A stretch of DNA of 64,000 bases from Candidatus Latescibacterota bacterium (GTDB taxonomy: Bacteria; Latescibacterota; UBA2968; UBA8231): positions 1,440,001 through 1,504,000 of the forward strand of contig CBDETY010000003.1 in the NCBI GenBank assembly GCA_965243025.1. The letters run 5' to 3'. Numbering within the stretch: position 1 is the first letter of the stretch; each line of letters starts with the position of its first letter. The notes under the pieces are model-generated. The model saw only the letters and a list, made by a program, of their open reading frames with translations, did no database searches and was not told where the DNA came from. Shown here one piece after another: positions 46,691 to 54,964 of this stretch. A program made the translations under genes and the position numbers.

Positions 46691-48190
46691 CTATACCGCT
46701 CTCTTCCAGTCCCTGGCGAGCCGGGTCAGCAAACGGACTCCGAAGCCGACGCCCCCCTTGGGTATGTAGGGTTTTGCCCGTGTGCTCCAGGCGGTGCCCG
46801 CGATATCCAGGTGGACCCACGGGGAGTCGACGAATTCCTCGAGCAAAGAGGCCGCGGTGATGGCGCCCCCGGCTCGCCCGCCGGTGTTCTTCATGTCGGC
46901 GACCGCGCTCTTGATCTGATCGCGGTACTCAGGCCACAGCGGCAGCGGCCAGACGCGCTCCCCGGTCTCGTCCCCGGCCTTGAGAACCTTCGCCTTGAGC
47001 TCCTCGTCGTTGCCGAGCATGCCGGCGGCGTGCGACCCCAGGGCGACGACGCAGGCACCGGTGAGGGTCGCCAGGTCGACGATGGCCGCCGGCTTCAGAC
47101 GGCGTGCGTACCCGAGGGCATCGGCGAGGATCAGCCGCCCCTCGGCGTCGGTGTTGTCGATCTCTATGGTTTTCCCGGTGATCGTCTTCAGGACATCCCC
47201 GGGCTTGACCGCCCTGCCTCCGGGGAGGTTCTCCGTCGCCGGCACCAGGCCGACGATGCGGTGGGGAAGGTCGAGGTCGGAAACCGCCTGCATCGCCCCG
47301 ATGACGGCGGCCGCCCCCGACATGTCGAACTTCATGTCGGCCATGCGGTCGCCCGGTTTCAGCGAGATGCCGCCGCTGTCGAAGGTCACCCCCTTGCCGA
47401 CGAAAACCAGGGGCTTGCCCCCCCTGGACGCGTTGTGTTCCAGCACGATGAACCGCGCCGCTTCGCTGCTGCCGCGGGTCACCCCCAGCAGCGCTCCCAT
47501 GCCGAGCCGGCGCATGCCGGTTTCGTCGATCACCTGGCAGCGCAGGCTGCGGCTGCGGGCGATCCTGCGCGCGGCGCTCGCCAGGTAGGTCGGGGTCGCG
47601 GTGTTGCCGGGGTGGTTGGCGAGGTCGCGGGCGAGGGAAGCGGCTGCGGCAATGGCGCGGCCGGCCCTGGTTCCGCGGCGGGCGGCCGCGAGCCTGGACC
47701 GGTCGAACTCGACGATGGCGAGCGAACGCAGCCGCGAGGCCTTTCTTTTTGCAGAGCGGTACCCGTCGAAGCGGTAACAGGCGAGAATGCTCGCCTCGGC
47801 CACCGCCTGGGCCGCCACCTCGACGTCGAGCCCGGCCTCCCCGGCCCCGTGGAGAATGGTGGCGGCTTTCTCGACCCCCAGGCTCTGGAGCTTTCCCGCT
47901 GCGGTTCCGGCGGCCTGACGCGCCGCCTCCGCGTCGAACGATTCCCTCTTTCCGAGGCCGACGACGAGGACGCGGGGGGATTCGATGAGCCCATGGGTGT
48001 AGAGCAACAGGGTCTCGTTCTTCTTCCCCGCGAAATCCCCGTCGGCAATCGCCCTGCCGATCAGTCCGCCGATCTCCCGGTCGACGGCGCCGGTTGCCCC
48101 GCCGGGTTTTCCGACCTCCTCGAACAGGTTGACGATCAGCGCCTGTTCCCGGCGGTTTTGAATTTCACCACGCGCTACTGTAATATTCAT
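46691..48190 (-). CDS. pepA: Leucyl aminopeptidase (M17)
   Basis: VGKGVTFDSGG, MKFDMSGAA, ENLPGG, NTDAEGRL, DLATLTG, HLDIAG; ATG 48190 supported by the upstream promoter. Confidence 0.95.
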   Translation of the reverse strand: MNITVARGEIQNRREQALIVNLFEEVGKPGGATGAVDREIGGLIGRAIADGDFAGKKNETLLLYTHGLIESPRVLVVGLGKRESFDAEAARQAAGTAAGKLQSLGVEKAATILHGAGEAGLDVEVAAQAVAEASILACYRFDGYRSAKRKASRLRSLAIVEFDRSRLAAARRGTRAGRAIAAAASLARDLANHPGNTATPTYLASAARRIARSRSLRCQVIDETGMRRLGMGALLGVTRGSSEAARFIVLEHNASRGGKPLVFVGKGVTFDSGGISLKPGDRMADMKFDMSGAAAVIGAMQAVSDLDLPHRIVGLVPATENLPGGRAVKPGDVLKTITGKTIEIDNTDAEGRLILADALGYARRLKPAAIVDLATLTGACVVALGSHAAGMLGNDEELKAKVLKAGDETGERVWPLPLWPEYRDQIKSAVADMKNTGGRAGGAITAASLLEEFVDSPWVHLDIAGTAWSTRAKPYIPKGGVGFGVRLLTRLARDWKRAV

Positions 48191-48242
48191 TTTCGCTCTT
48201 CGAGATGAGAGACCGGCCATTCGCACCCGTGCGAAGCCGGGG

Positions 48243-48271
48243 ATTGTAGAATTGCCCAATCCGGGTGTCAA
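48243..48271 (-). promoter_or_regulatory. sigma70 promoter for pepA (TTGACA-17-TACAAT)
   Basis: TGTCAA at 48266-48271 and ATTGTA at 48243-48248 on the + strand. Confidence 0.7.
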
Positions 48272-48289
48272 GCATCACACGGCCACGGC

Positions 48290-48976
48290 ATGCAGCTGTT
48301 CCTAATCCGCCACGGACAATCGTTCAACAACGCCCTGAATGACGCCACCGCCCGAGTCGCCGATCCAGAGCTGACGGAACGGGGCGTCGAGCAGGCGCGG
48401 CTCGTCGCCGACCACCTCTCCGCCGGGGGCCACCTGGGGGCTTCCGAGCGCCACCGCGGACCGATGCTCGACGAGCTGTACTGCAGCGCGATGATCAGGG
48501 CCCTGCAGACAACTCAACCGATCGCCGGGGCACTGGGGTTGACCCCCCAGGTCTGGACCGACGTTCACGAAATCGGCGGGATCTACCTCGACAACGGCGA
48601 CGGCACCGCAACAGGTTTCCCAGGATGCACCCGCAATGAGATCGCCGCGCGGTTTGCCGGTTTCGACTGCGACGGAATCGGGGACCGCGGCTGGTGGCAT
48701 GGGGGCAGGGAGACTGCCGGCGAGGGGCGCGGCAGAGCGGTTGCCGCCGCCGAAAGGCTCACGGCGCGCGCCGGGGAGCCGCTGCGGGTCGGCGTCGTGT
48801 CGCACGGCGACTTCATGAGCGCCCTGATAAAGGCACTGGCGGATCACCTGCCGAGCTGGGGCCTGCAGTACCACCACGAGAACACCGCGATCACGAGAAT
48901 CGACTTCGACAGACGAGTCGTGGTCGCATACATGAACCGCGCCGAACACCTGCCGACCCATCTCCTCTCGGATTAG
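48290..48976 (+). CDS. Histidine phosphatase family protein
   Basis: LIRHGQS, LTERG..QA, RALQT, VSHG. Confidence 0.88.
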   Translation: MQLFLIRHGQSFNNALNDATARVADPELTERGVEQARLVADHLSAGGHLGASERHRGPMLDELYCSAMIRALQTTQPIAGALGLTPQVWTDVHEIGGIYLDNGDGTATGFPGCTRNEIAARFAGFDCDGIGDRGWWHGGRETAGEGRGRAVAAAERLTARAGEPLRVGVVSHGDFMSALIKALADHLPSWGLQYHHENTAITRIDFDRRVVVAYMNRAEHLPTHLLSD

Positions 48977-49029
48977 CCGAACGCAACCAGGGCCGGCGGT
49001 CTTTGAAGACCTGAAACGGGAGTCTCGTT

Positions 49030-49374
49030 GTGAAGGTATACGCCCTGACCCTCAATCTCGTCGACGATGCCGAGACCATCGAGAAATACAAGGAGTACCA
49101 CCGCAACCCCTGGCCCGAGCCGCTGCGGGGACTGGGGGAGGTCGGCATCACCGACATGAAAATCTTCCTGCTGGGCCGCCGCATGTTCATGTACATGACG
49201 GCTGCCGACGAGTTCGATCCCGGCGTCGATTTCCCGCGCTACATCGAGCAGAACCCCAGGGCCGTCGAATGGGACGAGCTGATGAGGACCTTCCAGGAGC
49301 GGGTGCCCGAGGCGAGGGAAGGGGAGTGGTGGGCCTTGATGGAGCAGGTCTTCGACCTGCAGGATCACGTGTGA
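49030..49374 (+). CDS. L-rhamnose/L-fucose mutarotase family protein
   Basis: Y.EYH..PWPE, GI.DM.IF, EWDELM, MEQVF. Confidence 0.8.
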   Translation: MKVYALTLNLVDDAETIEKYKEYHRNPWPEPLRGLGEVGITDMKIFLLGRRMFMYMTAADEFDPGVDFPRYIEQNPRAVEWDELMRTFQERVPEAREGEWWALMEQVFDLQDHV

Positions 49375-50504
49375 CGGCAGCCGGTCGGCCCGTGGCCATG
49401 GGGGTTTGCAGGGCAGGTGGCGGGGAGCCCTTCAGCCGCAACTTCTCTCCCGGTCCGGCGCTGCTGCCCGAACCGGTCAGGGAGCAGATAGGGTACCATT
49501 TCGCCTCCAGCCCCGGGGGCCTGTCGATCGTCGAGATCAGCCACCGCAGCCCCGGGTACGAAGAGATCCATCACAGCGCCCTGGCGCGCTGCCGCGCTCT
49601 CTACGGGATTCCGGACGACATCGAGGTGCTGCTCCTTGGGGGAGGGGCCTCGCAGCAGTTCGCCATGGTGCCGATGAACCTGCTGCGTCCCGGGCGCTCC
49701 GCCGACTACATCGATACCGGCTCCTGGTCGCGGAAGGCCGAGGCCGAGGCGTCGCGGCTCGGCAGGAGGACGCGGGTTGCCGCTTCGAGCGCGGACAGGG
49801 GATACAGCTATATCCCGGGACAGGACTCCCTGCGCCTGGATCCCGGCGCCGAGTACCTCCACCTGACCAGCAACAACACCATCGTCGGCACCCAGTACCG
49901 CGGTTTCCCCGACAGCGGCGAGGTTCCCCTGGCCGTCGACCTCACCTCGGATCTGCTGGCCCGGCCCGTCTCCTGGGACCGGGTCGGAGTCGCCTACGGC
50001 GGCACCCAGAAGAACGCCGGGGTCGCCGGGTGCACCCTCGTTTTCCTGCGCCGCGACCTGCTCTCGAGGGAGGAGGACTCGATACCGGCGATCCTCCGGT
50101 ACTCGACCCATTCCGTGGCGGACTCGCTCTACAACACCCCCCCGGTGTTCGCGGTGTTCGTGCTCGATCTCGTCCTCGGGTGGCTGGAGGATTCAGGCGG
50201 CCTGGAGGCCGCGGAGGAGCGCAACGAACGCAAGGCCGGCATTCTCTACGACGTTATCGACGGCGATCCCGCGTACCGGGGCTTCGCCCAGCCCGCCTCG
50301 CGGTCGTCGATGAACGTGACCTTCGATCTCGCCGACCCGCAGCTGCGGAGCCGCTTTTCCTCCGCCGCGGAAAAGCAGGGATTCGTCGGGCTCCGGGGCC
50401 ACCGTTCGTTGGGGGGACTGCGCGCCTCTCTCTACAACGGCATGACGGAAGAGGGGTGCCTCGCCCTCGCCGATTTCATGCGCGACTTCTCCGCCGGCCT
50501 GTAG
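49371..50504 (+). CDS. serC: Phosphoserine aminotransferase
   Basis: NFSPGPA.LP, EISHRS, GGASQQF.MVPMNL, TG.WS.KA, TSNNTI.G, TQKNAG (PLP Lys), YNTPP, GHRS.GG.RAS.YN; start may be ATG 49398. Confidence 0.93.
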   Translation: MTAAGRPVAMGVCRAGGGEPFSRNFSPGPALLPEPVREQIGYHFASSPGGLSIVEISHRSPGYEEIHHSALARCRALYGIPDDIEVLLLGGGASQQFAMVPMNLLRPGRSADYIDTGSWSRKAEAEASRLGRRTRVAASSADRGYSYIPGQDSLRLDPGAEYLHLTSNNTIVGTQYRGFPDSGEVPLAVDLTSDLLARPVSWDRVGVAYGGTQKNAGVAGCTLVFLRRDLLSREEDSIPAILRYSTHSVADSLYNTPPVFAVFVLDLVLGWLEDSGGLEAAEERNERKAGILYDVIDGDPAYRGFAQPASRSSMNVTFDLADPQLRSRFSSAAEKQGFVGLRGHRSLGGLRASLYNGMTEEGCLALADFMRDFSAGL

Positions 50505-50557
50505 AGACTGTTCCTCAGCGGAACGGCCGCGTTTCGCCGCGGTGGGAGAACGGAGGC

Positions 50558-51958
50558 CTAGCGTTTGCGGCGCTTTCCTGCCTGCAGGCGGTCGGCGGCA
50601 TTGACCGAGCCGATGTGGAGGGTGTCGTAGGCCTGCCGAGAGCTCTCGAAAGGGCCCCGGTGGGCGGTTCCGTGCCATTCGAGGTTGGTGTACATCGGAT
50701 TGGTGCGCCCGGTTTCGCGCTCCCTCCTGGCGACCCAGCCCTCCAGCCTGCCGCGCAGGGTGGCGACGATCTCCGGTTCCCTGTCGGCGAGGTTGTCGAG
50801 CTCCAGGGGGTCGCGCACGAGGTTGTAGAGCTCGAGCTCCGGTTTGAAGTGGAAGTCGGGCTCGAGCGCCTGGATCAGCTTCCACTCAGGGGTGCGCCAG
50901 CCGTGCTTGCGCATCCAGGTGCACTCGGTGATGTAGAAATCCGAGTAGTTCGACGCCTTTTCCCCGGCTATCAGCGGCAGCAGCGAGGTGCCGTCGAACC
51001 GCATCCCCCGCGCCGGGACCCCCAGCAGCTTCAGGATCGTCGGCACGAGGTCCTGGTGCAGGGAGAATCCGGGAACCCTGCGGCCGGCCGGCAGGCGTCC
51101 GGGAAGCCGCATGATCAGCGGCACGTGCAGGGTGTTTTCGTACAGGCCGTGGTGATCGAACCAGCACTCGTGTTCGTAGAGGGTCTCGCCGTGATCGCCG
51201 TTGAGGATCACCAGTGTGTCCTCCCGCAGTCCCAGCTCGTCGAGCCGCGTCAGGAGGCGCTGGATGCAGGCGTCCATGTAGGCGAGGGCCCCGTCGTACT
51301 GGGCGACGGCGTATTCGGCGTCGGTCAGCCCGGGGGGCATCCACTCGGCGAAGAAGTCGCGAAACGGCTTGAAGGCCCATACCGGCTCCATGGACCTGTT
51401 GCCGGGGTCGAGCTCGTCGCCGCTGTAGAACAGGCGCTCGAAGGGGGCGGGAGGCAGGTAGGGAGCGTGCGGGTCCATGTGCCGCAGGAAGAGAAAGAAC
51501 GGCTTCCCGTCGGCGGCCAGACGCTCGAGCTCCGGGACCGCCACCTCGTTGAGGTTTTCCGCCTTGGGGCTGCGCCCCTCGGCCCAACTGCCCCATCCCG
51601 CGTACTCGAGGCAGCTGTCGAAGCCGGGCATGCCGACATTGCCGCCGCAGCCGACGCCGGTGGTGTTGTACCCGTTTTCGGCGAGTATCCGGGGAAGGGT
51701 GAGGACGTCGGACGGCACCTCGTTCCTGTGGCGCAGGGCGACCACCGTGGTCGAGAAGCAGTCGCGTCCGCTGAGCATCGACATGTAGGCCGAGGTGGTG
51801 GGGATATGGGGGGCGTAGTTGCGCTCGAAGAGAACGCCCTGCGAGGCGAGCCGGTCGATGTGAGGGCTCGTCAGACGCTCGTACCCGTAGCAGCTCATGT
51901 GGTCGGCGCGCAGGCTGTCGACGCCGAAGAAAAGCAGGTTGAGCTTTTTTCTGGCCAT
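50558..51958 (-). CDS. Sulfatase-like / alkaline phosphatase superfamily hydrolase with a non-canonical signature
   Basis: VDSLRADH, DPHAPY, YDG, GDHGE, HHGLYE..LHVPL, ELYNL..DP.E; signature reads PTTSAYMSMLSG instead of C/S-x-P-x-R. Confidence 0.8.
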   Translation of the reverse strand: MARKKLNLLFFGVDSLRADHMSCYGYERLTSPHIDRLASQGVLFERNYAPHIPTTSAYMSMLSGRDCFSTTVVALRHRNEVPSDVLTLPRILAENGYNTTGVGCGGNVGMPGFDSCLEYAGWGSWAEGRSPKAENLNEVAVPELERLAADGKPFFLFLRHMDPHAPYLPPAPFERLFYSGDELDPGNRSMEPVWAFKPFRDFFAEWMPPGLTDAEYAVAQYDGALAYMDACIQRLLTRLDELGLREDTLVILNGDHGETLYEHECWFDHHGLYENTLHVPLIMRLPGRLPAGRRVPGFSLHQDLVPTILKLLGVPARGMRFDGTSLLPLIAGEKASNYSDFYITECTWMRKHGWRTPEWKLIQALEPDFHFKPELELYNLVRDPLELDNLADREPEIVATLRGRLEGWVARRERETGRTNPMYTNLEWHGTAHRGPFESSRQAYDTLHIGSVNAADRLQAGKRRKR

Positions 51959-51998
51959 CGTGGGTATCTTCGTGAATGTGTGTGAGAACAAGGGGATT

Positions 51999-52982
51999 GT
52001 GAGCGGAGCCAAGCCTAGGGCCGGCGCAGAGGGCGGTCAAGAAAACGCCGCCCCCGAGGTTCCCTCCCCGAAGCCGGTCGCGGCGCTGCTCCCGATGGCG
52101 CTCCTCGTGGTCTTCTGCGGAGGCTGCACGGGTGAAGAGGAACCAGCTGAAGGGGGAGAGTCCGGGGGCGTTGTCGCCGCGGGAGCGGGAAGCCACGAGG
52201 CCGCCGACAGCGATGGGGAGAAGGGGAAGAAGCCCGGCCCCACCGCAGCGGAATTCCGCCGCCTGTTTCTCAGTTCTTCCTCCTCCGACTCGGTGCGCCA
52301 GCTTCTGGCGCGGCACCTTTTTTCCCGGGATCCGGATTTCCTCGCCCGTGAGTACGGCAATCCTGCCAACAGCGCACCCATCAGGGCGGCGATAAACCGC
52401 GCCGTCGCTACCGGCGACACCGGCGTCATACCGCTGCTTGTCCTACTGTTCCGGCAGCGCGGCGGCGAGGAGCGTATCGACCTGGAGGTGGCCCTTCTCC
52501 GCTTCGGCCGCCGGGCCGAAAAGCCGCTCGCCGCCCTCCTCGGGGACGCCGACCCGTCCGTGGTTCTGCGCGCCCTCGACGCCCTCGGCAAGCTCGAGGC
52601 GAGCGGGGAGATCGGAGCGGTCGCCGAACAGCTGCGCCACCGGGATTCCTGGGTCCGCATCGGAGCGGCGCACGCCCTCGGGGAGATAGGCGACACCACC
52701 GCGGTCGCTTTCCTGCTCGAGGCTCTCGACGACACCAGCTACTCCGTGGTCAACGCCGCCATGGTCGGCCTCGGCAGGCTGCGGGCCTCGAGGGCCTACG
52801 ACAGGCTGATCGAGTTCACCGGAAGCGACAACCCGCACGTCCGCAAGCACGCGGCCATGGCCCTCGGCGAGCTGGGTGACCCGGCGGCGAGGCCGGTCCT
52901 GCGCAAGCTGGCGGTATGGGACGGGGACTCCGGAGTGCGCTTCATGGCCAGCCGGGCGATCAAGGCGCTGGAGGGGGACTAG
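51999..52982 (+). CDS. HEAT-repeat protein, possible lipoprotein (start uncertain)
   Basis: LLVVFCGGC lipobox-like; HEAT repeats DADPSVVLRALDALG, HRDSWVRIGAAHALG, DNPHVRKHAAMALG. Confidence 0.75.
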   Translation: MSGAKPRAGAEGGQENAAPEVPSPKPVAALLPMALLVVFCGGCTGEEEPAEGGESGGVVAAGAGSHEAADSDGEKGKKPGPTAAEFRRLFLSSSSSDSVRQLLARHLFSRDPDFLAREYGNPANSAPIRAAINRAVATGDTGVIPLLVLLFRQRGGEERIDLEVALLRFGRRAEKPLAALLGDADPSVVLRALDALGKLEASGEIGAVAEQLRHRDSWVRIGAAHALGEIGDTTAVAFLLEALDDTSYSVVNAAMVGLGRLRASRAYDRLIEFTGSDNPHVRKHAAMALGELGDPAARPVLRKLAVWDGDSGVRFMASRAIKALEGD

Positions 52983-53146
52983 TGTCCCGTCGCAGAGACA
53001 TGTCGCCATCGGGATGCCGATCCATCCCGGCTCACGGCGTTGCCTTCGCTCGCCGTACACCCTCGGTACGACTCGCTCAGGCGCCTTGTGAGCCGGGCGC
53101 CTCGGCATCCCGATTTTGTCAACCTATCTCTGCGGCGGGACAGTAG
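52979..53146 (+). mobile_element. 168-bp MITE-like palindromic element, copy 4
   Basis: CTAGTGTCCCGTCGCAGAGA ... TCTCTGCGGCGGGACAGTAG; the left CTAG contains the HEAT gene stop. Confidence 0.85.
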
Positions 53147-53148
53147 GA

Positions 53149-53886
53149 GTGAACCGTACGGCCGTTGCTTGGCTATGCGCCGCAGTTCTTGCCGCGGCGG
53201 CCTGCGACATGGACAGAGGAAGGCTGGTCGAATCGGTGGAGGAGGTGCTTGCCCGCTCCGGGGAGGCCGCCGGTGCGAGCCGCCCCGTGATCGGACCGGC
53301 GGATCCTCCCTACTCGGACCGCGTGATCTTCCCGAGCGGCTTGAGACTCGAAGGTCTTGGGGGCGAACCTTCCCTGACGGAGTCGTACCCCGACGAGGAG
53401 GGGGACCTCTTCCCGTTCGGCAGCGAGCGCAGGGTCCACTACCGGCCGGTCGGGTTCTTCATCGATGTCGAGTCGCTGTCCGAAGCGCTGAGGCAGCAAC
53501 GGGTGAGCGAAAATTTCAAGCTGGCGGAGTACGTCCGGATTCCGGAGCGCAACGGGGATCTCAGCATCTACATCGATCCGGAGATCGCCTTCTACGCCCA
53601 GGAGCTGCGTTACGCATGGGGAGGGCCGCTGGTGCTCTCCTCGACCTTTCGCAGTCCGGAGTACAACGAGGAGATCGGCGGCGCCCTTTTCAGCCGCCAC
53701 ATGTACGGAGACGCTGTCGACATTCGCGCCCCGTCGCAACAGGCGGCCCAGGATCTCTTCAACCTGGCGAAGTTTCTCGACGTCAGCTACCTCGAGCCGG
53801 CGTCGCTGACGATCGAGGGCAGGACACATCCCTGGATCCACATCGACACCCGCGGCTGGTCCCTGAACACCCCGGAAACGAGATGA
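53149..53886 (+). CDS. Peptidase M15A-like (D-Ala-D-Ala Zn peptidase fold) lipoprotein
   Basis: Lipobox AAAC; SENFKLAE, SSTFRSPEYN, SRHMYGDAVDI, WIHIDTR. Confidence 0.8.
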   Translation: MNRTAVAWLCAAVLAAAACDMDRGRLVESVEEVLARSGEAAGASRPVIGPADPPYSDRVIFPSGLRLEGLGGEPSLTESYPDEEGDLFPFGSERRVHYRPVGFFIDVESLSEALRQQRVSENFKLAEYVRIPERNGDLSIYIDPEIAFYAQELRYAWGGPLVLSSTFRSPEYNEEIGGALFSRHMYGDAVDIRAPSQQAAQDLFNLAKFLDVSYLEPASLTIEGRTHPWIHIDTRGWSLNTPETR

Positions 53887-53887
53887 C

Positions 53888-54919
53888 ATGAGGTCGCTGT
53901 TTTTCCTGGCCGCGGCCGCCGCCGGTTTCGCCGCTCCCTCGGGCGCCTTCGACTGGATGACCCTGCGCCGCGACATGGAAATAAGCGCTCCGCGCATCGC
54001 CCTTGCCGACCTCGACGGCGACGGGGATGCCGAGCTCGTAATCGGAGGGCGGACAGGGGGCTTCTCGTCCCGGGAGCGGCAACGGTCGGCCCGCCTCGAG
54101 GTACTTGCGGGGGCGTCGCCGGCGCCTGTGGCCGCCTCGACCTTCGACGCCGTCAGGGACATGGCCGCAGCCGACTTCGACGGCGACGGGAGAGAAGAGC
54201 TGGTCGTTGCCGGCGGCCGCGGGCTTGCGGTCCTCGCGGTGCGGGACGGCAGCCTCTTCAGGGTTCCGCAAACTGGCCTGCCTGCGGTCGCGGGAGCGGC
54301 CGGAGAAAGGGTGAACCGCGTCGACTGCATGGACGTCGACGGCGACGGTGAGGTCGAGGTCGCCTGGGCCGGAAACCGGAGGGAACCCTCATGGGAGGGA
54401 GGCGCAAGCACAGTCCTGCGCGTAGCCTCCGTCTCGGCTGACGGCTTCTGGCAGTTGCTCTCCGAAACCCGGTTTTCCGCCCACGTCGGCGACCTCTGCT
54501 TCGCCGATGTCGACGGAGACGGGCAGGGCGAACTGGTCGTCGAGACCGGGGTGGAGGAGATCGGGGGCCGGCTCGATCTGTTCGCCGTAACAGGGGGCGG
54601 CTCCGAGCTTTTCTACTCCCGCCCGGCCGATGCCGAAGCGCGGCGGCTGCTGAACCTGTCCCCGGTGCGGGAGGGCTCCGGCGACCTGGTGGTCGCGGCC
54701 GCTGTCGACGGCGCAGTGACCGTTTTCACCTGGCGGGGGCGGGAACTCCACGGGGTGAACTGGCGCCTTCCCATGGACCCGGGGGCCAGGGTCACGGGGA
54801 TTGCCGCGCCCGGACCCGGGGCAGCGGCGTCTGGCCGCGGCCTGGACCTCCTCGTCGGATGCGCCGAACCGGACCGGGCAAGCGGCGCCCTGGTCGCGGT
54901 TTCGGGCCTGCACCGATGA
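53888..54919 (+). CDS. FG-GAP/VCBS repeat exported protein
   Basis: Signal peptide; four D.DGDG..E(L/V) repeats. Confidence 0.8.
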   Translation: MRSLFFLAAAAAGFAAPSGAFDWMTLRRDMEISAPRIALADLDGDGDAELVIGGRTGGFSSRERQRSARLEVLAGASPAPVAASTFDAVRDMAAADFDGDGREELVVAGGRGLAVLAVRDGSLFRVPQTGLPAVAGAAGERVNRVDCMDVDGDGEVEVAWAGNRREPSWEGGASTVLRVASVSADGFWQLLSETRFSAHVGDLCFADVDGDGQGELVVETGVEEIGGRLDLFAVTGGGSELFYSRPADAEARRLLNLSPVREGSGDLVVAAAVDGAVTVFTWRGRELHGVNWRLPMDPGARVTGIAAPGPGAAASGRGLDLLVGCAEPDRASGALVAVSGLHR

Positions 54920-54964
54920 TCGGCGGCGGTTCGGTCGGACAGCGGATACCGCCACCGGAAGAAA

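Noticed and set aside
8747-53146. Recurrent peptides SIPAHGVAFARRTPSVRLAQAPCEPGASAS and MPRRPAHKAPERVVPRVYGERRQRREPGWIG in several ORFs
   Set aside because: They are translations of the MITE copies, not a protein family; the frames differ in extent between copies
8747-53146. The repeats as a CRISPR array or integron attC sites
   Set aside because: Copies are dispersed kilobases apart with no spacers, cas genes or integrase, and lack RYYYAAC/GTTRRRY ends
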